A stretch of 64,000 nt of DNA from Thermoanaerobaculia bacterium (GTDB taxonomy: Bacteria; Acidobacteriota; Thermoanaerobaculia; Gp7-AA8): NCBI GenBank assembly GCA_038244715.1, contig JBBRTE010000011.1:75386-139385 (forward strand), given 5' to 3'. This document shows, piece by piece, positions 48,698 to 57,328 of the stretch. A model generated the notes under the pieces. That model had not been told where the DNA came from and did no database searches. It saw only the letters and a program-made list of their open reading frames with translations. How positions within the stretch are numbered: position 1 is the stretch's first letter; every line of letters begins with the position of its first letter. The translations under genes were made by a program, and so were the position numbers.

Positions 48698-50566
48698 ATG
48701 TCTGCGAAAAACCGTCCGTACGAGCAGTTCGGTTCCTTCATTCTCTTCAAGAAACTCGAAACGGATGCCCTCGGCGATCTGTGGCGCGCGGGCCGCGTCG
48801 ACAACGGCCACCTCGGTCCCATCATGGCCGTGCGGCGACTCACCGGTGGTAACCGCGCCGCACTCGTGGCCAGCGCGGCGGAGGCGAACCAGCTCGTCCC
48901 CCTGCTGAGTGGGACAACCTTCGCAAAAGACCAGTCGATCGACACGGTCAACGGCATTCCGTTCGTGGCCCATGAGTACGCGGGCGGGCGTTCCCTCCGT
49001 CACATCATCGACCGCGCTCGCGGCGGGACCGGGGTGACGCCCAATCCGATCCCGCTCGACCAGGCCATCGTCATCGCCGAGAAAATCGCCCTCTCGCTGT
49101 CGACCACGGCCGACCTGCGCTTCCTCGGTAATCGACTGGCGCATGGAGCGCTGATCCCGCAGTTTGTCTGGATTACCGATGAAGGTGAGATTCGCGTCGC
49201 GGGACAGCAACTCGGGAAGGGACTGCTCGCCTCGCTCTCCGATTCCAAGGTGGCCGCAGAGCTTGGGAAATACTTTCCGGCCGAGTATCGCGCATCGGGC
49301 GAAATTACGAAGACCACCGACGTCTACTCGCTCGGCGCGATCCTCTATCTGCTACTCAGCGGTGTCGAGCCGCCGGATTCCGTGACCGCGAGCGCCTTCG
49401 CACAGACGATCCGGGCCGCGAAAACGCTCGGCGGCCAGCCGCTTCCGGATGATCTTCGCGCGATCATCGAAATGTCTCTGGCCATCGACCCCACGACCCG
49501 GTACGCGACCATGAACGACATGAAGCAGGCTCTCTCGTCGCTCGTGCACGACGGCCGGTACTCGGCGTCCACGTTCAACCTCGCCTTCTATCTGAGTACG
49601 CTCCTCAAGCGAGAGCTCGACGGAGAGGTGATGGAGCGGGAACGGGAGTCGAAGGTGAACGTGGCTGCGTACGCCGAGACGTCCGCTCCTGCACCTGCAA
49701 CCGCACCGGTCGAGGCGATCTCAAGCCCGGACGATCGGTCCGCGAAGAACCGGATGCCGATGCTCGTCGCAGCAGCCGTCGTGCTTATCGGCGTCGCGGC
49801 TGGAGCGTTCTTTCTCTTGAAGCCGAAGCCAGCGCCAGTTCCGATTCATGCCGCGGCTCCCGCACCTCCCAGGCCGAAGATCGTCTCGCAGCCTGTCGTT
49901 TCGGCACCCGCGACCGCGACGGCTGCAACGCTCGATCCGAGCGCTGAGAAGAAGGCGTTCGAAGATGCCGTCGAGCAGAAGATGCAGGCGGAGATGATGA
50001 AGCTGCAGGCAGGTCTGAACCAGCAGCTCAAGCAACAGCAGTCGAAGAACGCTCCGGTGCAGACGGCGAGCATGGTCGCGCCGCCGCAAACGGCACCGCC
50101 GGTCGATGATCGCGGTTCGGCAGCGGCATTGGACGAGCGGAGGATGGCGTCGCGTCAGGACGCACAACCCCAACCGCAGCCCGCCACGCAGCAACCTGCC
50201 GTGGTTCCGCAACCGCAGCCGTCGTTCGTCGCACCGGCACCGGTCCCGCAGCAGGCACCCACCGTCCGTGAAGGCGACGTGGTCGACGTTACAGAACTCG
50301 ACCGGCTCCCGGAGCCGCTCTCCCCCATCCATCCGTTCTTCCCGCCACTCGCGGCGCGGCAGCATGCGGAGGCCACGGTGATCCTCTCGGCGCTGATCTC
50401 TGAGAACGGAGACGTATCGGAGGTGAAGATCCTCCGCGGCGATCCGCGCTTCGGCTTCAACGAGGCCGCGATTCGAGCGATGCGTGCCGTACGCTTCACA
50501 CCACCGATCAAAGACGGCAAGCGCGTCAAGACGTGGAGACCGCAGTCGATCACATTCAAGCAGTAG
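48698..50566 (+). CDS. degenerate protein-kinase-like domain, TM helix, Pro/Gln-rich linker and TonB C-terminal domain
   Basis: The N-terminal roughly 330 aa show a kinase-like fold: 'YEQFGSFILFKKLETDALGDLWRA' is glycine-loop-like, 'VYSLGAILYLLLSG' is activation-segment/alphaF-like, and the HRD/DFG motifs are absent. TM helix 'MLVAAAVVLIGVAAGAFFLL'. The C-terminal 'REGDVVDVTELDRLPEP...PPLAARQHAEATVILSALISENGDVSEVKILRG...FNEAAIRAMRAVRFTPPIKDGKRV' is a TonB_C domain. Confidence 0.6.
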   Translation: MSAKNRPYEQFGSFILFKKLETDALGDLWRAGRVDNGHLGPIMAVRRLTGGNRAALVASAAEANQLVPLLSGTTFAKDQSIDTVNGIPFVAHEYAGGRSLRHIIDRARGGTGVTPNPIPLDQAIVIAEKIALSLSTTADLRFLGNRLAHGALIPQFVWITDEGEIRVAGQQLGKGLLASLSDSKVAAELGKYFPAEYRASGEITKTTDVYSLGAILYLLLSGVEPPDSVTASAFAQTIRAAKTLGGQPLPDDLRAIIEMSLAIDPTTRYATMNDMKQALSSLVHDGRYSASTFNLAFYLSTLLKRELDGEVMERERESKVNVAAYAETSAPAPATAPVEAISSPDDRSAKNRMPMLVAAAVVLIGVAAGAFFLLKPKPAPVPIHAAAPAPPRPKIVSQPVVSAPATATAATLDPSAEKKAFEDAVEQKMQAEMMKLQAGLNQQLKQQQSKNAPVQTASMVAPPQTAPPVDDRGSAAALDERRMASRQDAQPQPQPATQQPAVVPQPQPSFVAPAPVPQQAPTVREGDVVDVTELDRLPEPLSPIHPFFPPLAARQHAEATVILSALISENGDVSEVKILRGDPRFGFNEAAIRAMRAVRFTPPIKDGKRVKTWRPQSITFKQ

Positions 50567-50578
50567 CCGGAACCGGTG

Positions 50579-52396
50579 CTACGGCACCTCCTTCCAGAAG
50601 ACGCGGTGTAGCTGGAGGCCGAGGTCGCGAGGGTCGCCTCCGGGATGCGTATGCGAAAGGTTGATGACGTGATCGACTGACAGCACGAGTTCGTCCGGCG
50701 ACGTGCTGCGCGAGGTCACGATGTAGAACCGTTCTACGTCTGACGACTTCGGGACGAACTCGTCGATCGGCGCACCGTCGAAAATGACGGTGACCTTCGG
50801 CGCCGGCTCGCTCGCCAGCGGAAGCGTGACGCGAAATCCGAGTTGCGCTCGCCGCCCCAGCGGTGCCAGCGTCGTGTGGCCCTCCCTTCCCATCCATCGC
50901 CACCGCTCACCCTCGTCGCCCACTTCCTCGCCGTACCAGCCCTGACCTGGCTTCACCCACCCCGCGACCGGCACGACGGAGCTCTCGAAATACCGCCTGT
51001 TGAACACGGCCCACAGCGGCTTGTGCGGCCGGTGGAAGTTCATCGCCTGGGCTGATGAATTCGGCTGGTCAGCGACGAACACAGCGTTCCGGTCCGCAGG
51101 AACGGTCGACGGGTCGAACGCATCGGGCACAGGGATGATCGTGTAGTCCGTCAGGAAGTACGCGACGAACGGCTCCATGCCGCCCGCTGCATAGACCTTC
51201 CCTCCCCGCGGAACGTTCTGTTGAATCCATCGCACGGCGAGCACTGGCGGTGATTCCGTCATTCGGACCTGCCAGATCCCAGGCCACACCCAAAGGACGT
51301 AGCGTCCGATGACGAGAGCGGCGAAGAGCGCCTGCGCCACTGCAGCGAGGCGCTCCCGTGAACCTGTACGAGACCGCGAAGTGAGGAAGCACGCGGCCAC
51401 GTCCATGCCGTCCGCGGCCAGCAGCACATTCGCCGCGATGTAGCCGAGCGACAGCCGGCTGATGCCTGTCGGATTCAGAAGAAACCAGGCCAGCAGGAAG
51501 TTCGGCTCGAACGCCAGCACCGCGTCGAGGTGGGCGCGCCGCGGACGAGCCAATGCCAGCAGCGTGAACGCAAACATCACCGTCGATGCGGCCCGAGACT
51601 CGAATGGATCAAAGAGAAAGTTGCGCAACAGGAACCGCATCGGAATGCGCTCCGGATTCAACGCGCCGTCGACCGTGGCCACGTAATGCTGATGCCACTT
51701 CGTCGCAGAGATGAAGTCCCCGACCCCCGTCAGTTCTGCAGCGATTCCATACCCCGCCAAGACCAGGACGACGATGAGCACAGTCCCTGTGATCGCATCC
51801 CGCCGAAGCCCCGAGCGCCATCGGCGCCACGACGCAACCATCCAGGGCCAGGCCAGCAGCACGTTCTGCGCACGCACCAGCATCGTCGCAGCGAAGAAAA
51901 CGCAACCCAGGATGTACGTCCACCGGCTGCGATCGTCGCGGAGAAGAAACGCGACGGCCGCCAGAGCCGTCACCAGCGCCAGCGTATCGGTGAATCCCGT
52001 ACCGCCCCAGTACCAGACGTTCGGCAAAAAGCTGAAGAGCAGTGCCGCGGTGAGGCATGTACGAAATCGGAAGCGCAGCGACCGCGCCAGCGCGACCATC
52101 GCGGGAAAGAGGAAGATCGATGCTCCGAAACTGACCGCGCGCAGAGCATGGAAGTCGTCGTGGAGAAACAGCCGAACGAGTTTCGCAAGAGCGAAGAAGA
52201 GGGGAAACCCGGGCGGATGCGGATGGTGCAGCGCGACGTCATAGTGCTGCAGCGCCGCAACGAACAACGCTTCGTCCCAGTCCCACATCGAATGGGAGAC
52301 GGCGACGACGCGCGTCAGGGCCACGAGACTGGCGAGAACGCCTACCGCCAGGCGCTGTTGCGATGTCAGCGGCGCGACCACGCCGCCCTGCATCAT
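50579..52396 (-). CDS. GT-C glycosyltransferase of the PMT/ArnT family (GT39/GT83-like; PMT_2 domain)
   Basis: At least 11 TM helices. The first periplasmic loop is 'SMWDWDEALFVAALQHY' (DE motif). The start could alternatively be at 52441. Confidence 0.7.
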   Translation of the reverse strand: MMQGGVVAPLTSQQRLAVGVLASLVALTRVVAVSHSMWDWDEALFVAALQHYDVALHHPHPPGFPLFFALAKLVRLFLHDDFHALRAVSFGASIFLFPAMVALARSLRFRFRTCLTAALLFSFLPNVWYWGGTGFTDTLALVTALAAVAFLLRDDRSRWTYILGCVFFAATMLVRAQNVLLAWPWMVASWRRWRSGLRRDAITGTVLIVVLVLAGYGIAAELTGVGDFISATKWHQHYVATVDGALNPERIPMRFLLRNFLFDPFESRAASTVMFAFTLLALARPRRAHLDAVLAFEPNFLLAWFLLNPTGISRLSLGYIAANVLLAADGMDVAACFLTSRSRTGSRERLAAVAQALFAALVIGRYVLWVWPGIWQVRMTESPPVLAVRWIQQNVPRGGKVYAAGGMEPFVAYFLTDYTIIPVPDAFDPSTVPADRNAVFVADQPNSSAQAMNFHRPHKPLWAVFNRRYFESSVVPVAGWVKPGQGWYGEEVGDEGERWRWMGREGHTTLAPLGRRAQLGFRVTLPLASEPAPKVTVIFDGAPIDEFVPKSSDVERFYIVTSRSTSPDELVLSVDHVINLSHTHPGGDPRDLGLQLHRVFWKEVP

Positions 52397-52455
52397 CCAC
52401 TGCTGACCACCGGCATCCGTCAAGCGGCACCATTCTCGCAAAATTCGTAGTGATC

Positions 52456-53505
52456 ATGCCGGGAAAGGGGGTCCGACGCCGCTGGAACCTCGACCTTCAC
52501 GGCATCCGCCGCGAAGGTAGCAAAGACTCAGAGTTCACCTATTGCAGCTCCCTAGGCGCCTCCATCGAGGACGAGAAGACGCTGGCCCGCATCCGCAAGC
52601 TTGGGATCCCGCCAGCCTGGCAGGACGTGCGCATCGCCCGCGGTGACGCTGCGCCACTGCAGGCGGTCGGCATCGACAAGAAGGGCCGCACGCAGTACCT
52701 CTATCACGCTCGCTTCCGGGCTCATCAGGAAGAGGAGAAGTTCAAGCGCGTCGTCGAGTTTGGCGAATCCCTTCCCGCTCTGAGGCGCCGCGTCCGCGCC
52801 GACCTCAAACGTCCTGACCTCGACCGCGACCACGTTCTCGCGGCCATCGTCCGCCTCATCGATCAAGGGTTCTTCCGCGTCGGTAACGACAAGAGTGCGC
52901 AGTCCGAGGCGACGTACGGATTGACAACGATCCGGAGCAAACATGTAACGCTCGAAGGATCCGTGATCCTCTTCGACTATGTCGGCAAGTGGAGAAAGAC
53001 GCAGAAGCGTGCGATCGAGGATGCAGAGGTCGCAACCGTCGTTCGCGACCTTCGCGAGCTGGGAGAAGCGGAGCTCTTCGCGTTCATCGACAACGGCAAA
53101 GTCCGCGATGTGAAGGACCGGCATGTGAACGACTACATCCAGTCGATCATCAGCAAGAACTTCACCGCGAAAGACTTTCGTACCTGGGCAGGCACCCTGC
53201 TCTGCTCCATCGCCCTCGGCATGGAAGGTCAGGGCTCGAGCAAGACCGAGCGGAAGCGTAAGATCAAGCTGGCGGTGCAGGCGACGGCCGAACGGCTGGG
53301 AAACACCCCGGCGGTCTGCCGATCGTCCTACATCTGTCCCCGCCTGCTGGACGAGTACATGGACGGCAAGCCGTTCGAGATGCTGCGCAAGCATCACAAG
53401 GGCTCGCCCGTCGTTCGGGTCGGCCTTTCGAAGGAAGAACGCGCACTCCTCAAGTTTCTCCGCGAGACGATCGCCGACCGCCGGCGCCGGCCGCGCGCCG
53501 CATAG
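52456..53505 (+). CDS. DNA topoisomerase IB (poxvirus-like bacterial TopIB)
   Basis: 'IRKLGIPPAWQDVRIA...IDKKGRTQYLYHARF...ATYGLTTI...RDVKDRHVNDY...FTAKDFRTWAGT...TPAVCRSSYI' gives the TopIB catalytic Arg/Lys/His and Tyr-containing C-terminus. The size is 349 aa. Confidence 0.8.
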   Translation: MPGKGVRRRWNLDLHGIRREGSKDSEFTYCSSLGASIEDEKTLARIRKLGIPPAWQDVRIARGDAAPLQAVGIDKKGRTQYLYHARFRAHQEEEKFKRVVEFGESLPALRRRVRADLKRPDLDRDHVLAAIVRLIDQGFFRVGNDKSAQSEATYGLTTIRSKHVTLEGSVILFDYVGKWRKTQKRAIEDAEVATVVRDLRELGEAELFAFIDNGKVRDVKDRHVNDYIQSIISKNFTAKDFRTWAGTLLCSIALGMEGQGSSKTERKRKIKLAVQATAERLGNTPAVCRSSYICPRLLDEYMDGKPFEMLRKHHKGSPVVRVGLSKEERALLKFLRETIADRRRRPRAA

Positions 53506-53792
53506 CGCGCTAGGACACTCGTCCAGCGTGCAGGTCAGACGCGGGTGCTCCGGATCGGTGAGGTCCATCTTGTCCCACGGAATGCGAGACGGTTTGGACT
53601 CGAGTTGCGTCACCCGCGACCGCCTGGTTCTGGCCGGAGCAGGCAGTAAGGAAACGCATGAGGCTAAACAGGCTCCATTGCCGCATCGTCCGCGGTCCCA
53701 GTGCATAAGCCGGCCGAGCCGTTTGAAGTTCCTCGATCCCAGGCTCGAAAACGGACTAATATGGCCTCTCGATTGCTTATTGTAAGTTCCAG

Positions 53793-54488
53793 ATGAATCC
53801 AAATAACCGAATTGCCGCCTTCGTGGCCGTCATCGCCTTCACCTTCGTGGTCCCGGCAGCCAGGGCCGCCATCGCGCAGGCCGTCACCTTCGACGAGAAA
53901 GTCGACAATTCGGCCGCGATCATCCTCGGCAAGTGCATGAGGACGGAAGCGAAGTTCGACCCCACGGGCCGCTGGATCGTGACGTACGCCACCTTCAACG
54001 TCGAGCAGTCGATGAAGGGAAACGCGGCCGGGCAGCTGACCGTGGTCACTCCGGGCGGCAGCGTCAACGGCATTCATCAGGAAACGATCGGCGTTCCGGT
54101 CTTTCGCGAGGGGGACGAGCATGTCGTCTTCCTCCGCAACACCCGCCTCGGACCCTCCCCGCTCTACTTCGACCAGGGGACCTACAACGTCGTGGAGGGC
54201 GAGCGCGGCGAGAAGATGATCGTGCCGATGCCGTCGAACGTCATGCACATCGACACGCAGCGCGCGATGGTCGTCGCTCCGTCAGACGAACCGAAGACGC
54301 TCGACGCGTTCAGGGTGGCGGTGGCCGATTCGATGAAGGGAAGCGCACGACGCGTGCAGATGAGCGCGATGGGCACCTCCGGCAGGCCACAGAAGTCGCT
54401 TCGGTCGGTTCTGGGCGAGAACAAACTGCTGATCGCTCTGGCCGCGATTGGGATCGCGATCGCGGGCTGGCAGCTACGGCGAGGGTAA
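53793..54488 (+). CDS. hypothetical secreted protein with a C-terminal TM anchor
   Basis: Signal peptide 'MNPNNRIAAFVAVIAFTFVVPAARA'. C-terminal 'LLIALAAIGIAIAGWQL'. The upstream region is AT-richer. Confidence 0.4.
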   Translation: MNPNNRIAAFVAVIAFTFVVPAARAAIAQAVTFDEKVDNSAAIILGKCMRTEAKFDPTGRWIVTYATFNVEQSMKGNAAGQLTVVTPGGSVNGIHQETIGVPVFREGDEHVVFLRNTRLGPSPLYFDQGTYNVVEGERGEKMIVPMPSNVMHIDTQRAMVVAPSDEPKTLDAFRVAVADSMKGSARRVQMSAMGTSGRPQKSLRSVLGENKLLIALAAIGIAIAGWQLRRG

Positions 54489-55109
54489 CTCTGCAACTTC
54501 CCCCAGGATCGGCTGAGCGCGAAGCCACGCCTTCGCATCGTCGAGATTTCTGACGTCGCGAAGGCTGACACGCCTCGTGGATCCGTCGTGGAGCGAAAAC
54601 TCCACGGCGTCGCCAGCGATACGAAACGTCCTCACATGCTTCAGGGCAATCCGCTTTCTCGGCAGGATGAGCCTCAAACGCGCCGTGAAGGTTTCATCCT
54701 CGACCTTTAGATAGCGGAACGATTGCAACCGGACCTCGAAGAAGGCGAAGAGCAGCAGGATCACCGGCGGCACGAACGATACGATTCGGAAGGACAGATG
54801 ATGGGGCTCGTAGAGTCGATGAATGGCCTCGACAAGCGCCATCGCCGCCCCGGCGATCTCGATCCACGCCAAGCGCTCGTGTCCCATTCCACGGGAGTGA
54901 CGAAGCCGTTCGCGAATGGCTGCCACGATGAGTGCCGCGCTGGCCGCGAGCTCCAGCCCGGGGAGAATCACATCGTGACTGTTTGGCGCGCGCAAATGGC
55001 CGGATGCCGCCAGGGCGAGCAGCAACGCTGCCGCGACATGCTGCAACGTCTGGATCCTCTTCATCCGCTCGGCGCGGCGCGATTGCACGGGAAAAAGCGT
55101 GGCTGGCAT
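54474..55109 (-). CDS. hypothetical membrane protein with a C-terminal PH-like (bPH) region
   Basis: Three or four TM helices. The C-terminal 'FRYLKVEDETFTARLRLILPRKRIALKHVRTFRIAGDAVEFSLHDGSTRRV' resembles bacterial PH-like domains. Confidence 0.35.
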   Translation of the reverse strand: MPATLFPVQSRRAERMKRIQTLQHVAAALLLALAASGHLRAPNSHDVILPGLELAASAALIVAAIRERLRHSRGMGHERLAWIEIAGAAMALVEAIHRLYEPHHLSFRIVSFVPPVILLLFAFFEVRLQSFRYLKVEDETFTARLRLILPRKRIALKHVRTFRIAGDAVEFSLHDGSTRRVSLRDVRNLDDAKAWLRAQPILGEVAELPSP

Positions 55110-55150
55110 TGGGAAAGCGATTGTAGCGGCCCGTCGACACGCGAGTTGGA

Positions 55151-55901
55151 TTGATTCTGCGCATGGTCAAATCCGCCCCGCGTGCCGATGTCCGCCGGGC
55201 GCTTGATCAGGACCAACTCGTCCTCTCCTATCAACCGATTCACGAGCTGGTTTCGGGCCGCATCATCAGCGCCGAGGCTCTGCTGCGTTCCCGCCGGGAA
55301 ACCGGCGAGATCCGCAGCGCGGTGCCACTGACGCAGGCCGCGGAGGAAGGTCCCGATCTCTTTCGACTCGATTCCTGGACGCAAGATCAACATTGAGATC
55401 ACGGAAGTCAGCTATATCGAGTATCCCAAACAGACGCGGCACGTCCTCGATGAAATGAAGGAGCTGGGCGTTCAGCTCTGGCTCGACGACTTCGGCACCG
55501 GTCACTCGTCGGTCGAGCACCTCCTGCGCTTCCCGCTCGACGGTTTGAAGGTTCCGGCGACGTTCATCGATCCCCTCTCTTTCGACAAGCGAGCCCGGGC
55601 GATCACGAAGTCGATGATCGATCTCGCGCACGATCTCGGAATGAAGGTCATTGCGGAGGGCATCGAACATCGCGAGCAGCTGGAGTTCCTGCGGACGATG
55701 GGATGTGACTACATCCAGGGGTTCCTCAATAGCAGACCGATGCCCCTGGAGGATTTCCAGAAGGTCCTGGATACGCAATCCGGCGTAACCGCGAAACCAC
55801 GCGGCCGGGAGACAGATCCCGTCAGGCCGTCTTCTTCAGCGGCTCCGAGGGGCAGTAGAAATCGCGGCGCCGGTCGAGGTCGTGCATCACGTTCTTCTTG
55901 A
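55151..55901 (+). pseudogene. stand-alone EAL-domain c-di-GMP phosphodiesterase gene interrupted by a frameshift near 55380-55395
   Basis: ORF 55151-55396 encodes the EAL N-terminus ('LVLSYQPIHELVSGRIISAEALLR'). After a frame change, 'KINIEITEVSYIEYPK' (the EITE catalytic block) and ORF 55455-55901 ('LWLDDFGTGHSS...VIAEGIEHREQLEFLRTMGCDYIQG') complete the domain. Confidence 0.6.
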
Positions 55902-56517
55902 ACTGGTCCGCACCACCGTTGCGCATCATCTCGTCGACGTACGCGGCGATGTCGACGATCTCCAGCCGCATGCGCACCGTCCGGAAGATGCTCGGCACGC
56001 GTCCCGGAATCTGCACGTGATGCAGTCCGCCGCTGTAGGCGATCAGCATCCTTCCCTCTTTCATCGCCATGAGAATGTCGGCGATGCCGCCGCGCACCGT
56101 CATGGGATTCCCCTGCAGGTCCAGCCCGTTCGCCCGCTTCATCCGCCCCTCGGGCGCGATGATGACCATTGAATGGGGATCGATCGCGCGGAGCAGTTCA
56201 AACCACGTGTGGTCACGCTCCCGCGTGATGGCGATGACGTGATGCGCCACGAACTTGAAGATCATTCCGACGAGCGGACGTCCGGTGGTCTTGTCCGCCG
56301 CCGGCACGACGCCGTGCGCCGCAAGACGCCAGATGAAATTCGGTGGAACGCCACCGAGGAAGACGGGTTCGAACAGGCTGGTGTGATTGAGGAAGGCGAC
56401 CAACCGGATGTCACGCCACGGTTTCGGCGGAACGTCGCCGACCCAGGCAAAATCATACCGGTAGAAGATCCTGCTGACGTACTTGAGCGTCGTCAGCATC
56501 GAGAAAACCATCAGGCT
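55822..56517 (-). CDS. lysophospholipid acyltransferase (PlsC/LPLAT family)-like protein
   Basis: 'VAFLNHTSLFEPVFLGG' and 'IIAPEGRM' correspond to acyltransferase motifs I and III. The start was chosen at 'MVFSMLTTL' to avoid overlap with the DUF72 gene. The longer upstream ORF extension is low-complexity Ser/Arg junk. Confidence 0.5.
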   Translation of the reverse strand, partial: SLMVFSMLTTLKYVSRIFYRYDFAWVGDVPPKPWRDIRLVAFLNHTSLFEPVFLGGVPPNFIWRLAAHGVVPAADKTTGRPLVGMIFKFVAHHVIAITRERDHTWFELLRAIDPHSMVIIAPEGRMKRANGLDLQGNPMTVRGGIADILMAMKEGRMLIAYSGGLHHVQIPGRVPSIFRTVRMRLEIVDIAAYVDEMMRNGGADQFKKNVMHDLDRRRDFYCPSEPLKKTA

Positions 56518-56566
56518 CCGCAGCAGGGACACGAGTGCGAAGGGTAGCGAAGGGTGAGTCGCGCCG

Positions 56567-57271
56567 TCAACGCAGTTGCGCACGGAACTGGACAGCGAAG
56601 CGAGGGCCATTCCCTTCGTCTTCATGTTTGAAGAAAACGTAGGCGTCGTTCCAGCTCTGCCGCTGCACCCGCTCGGCCCATGCCTCGAGCTCGCCCGGCG
56701 CGTATTCGGTGCGTCGCAAACGCATGTAGCCCCACGAGGCGGTGGGGACGACGAGCGCCTCGACATCCGTGACTTCATCGGTGTCCGCGGCGCAGAGGGC
56801 GATGTCGCGGTCGCGGAGAATCGAATAGACGTCGTCATCGAACCACGACGCGTGACGGAACTCGAACGCCACCCTCCGCTGCTCCGGAAGGGACGCGACG
56901 AACTCGTGGAGCAGTGCAGCATCCTTCCGCAGGTAGGGCGGGAGCTGGAAGAGGATCGGCCCGAGTTTGCTCTCGAGAACCGATGCGGCCTCGAAGAGGA
57001 ACACGACGTCCGCATCGGCACCCGCCAGCTTCTTCTGATGCGTGATCCGTTGAGGCGCCTTCAGGACGAACGTGAACCCCTCGGGCACCTGCTCGCCCCA
57101 CTTCGCGACCATCTTCGCGTCCGGCATCCGGTAGAACGTGTTGTTGATCTCGACCGAGTCGAAGCGCTCGCCGTAGTACGGGAGCATCTTCGTCGCCGGC
57201 AGATCCTCCGGATAGAACGTCCCCTTCCATTCTTTATAGCTGTAGCCGCTGGTGCCGACTCGGATGCGCAT
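56567..57271 (-). CDS. DUF72 (UPF0759) family protein
   Basis: 'IRVGTSGYSYKEWKGTFYPEDLP...YGERFDSVEINNTFYRMP...GFTFVLKAPQRITH' is the canonical DUF72 signature. Confidence 0.8.
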   Translation of the reverse strand: MRIRVGTSGYSYKEWKGTFYPEDLPATKMLPYYGERFDSVEINNTFYRMPDAKMVAKWGEQVPEGFTFVLKAPQRITHQKKLAGADADVVFLFEAASVLESKLGPILFQLPPYLRKDAALLHEFVASLPEQRRVAFEFRHASWFDDDVYSILRDRDIALCAADTDEVTDVEALVVPTASWGYMRLRRTEYAPGELEAWAERVQRQSWNDAYVFFKHEDEGNGPRFAVQFRAQLR

Positions 57272-57328
57272 GGGTGACTATCCTGCCACAGGCGTCTTCC
57301 CGCGAGCACGCGCGATACACTTCCCGCC

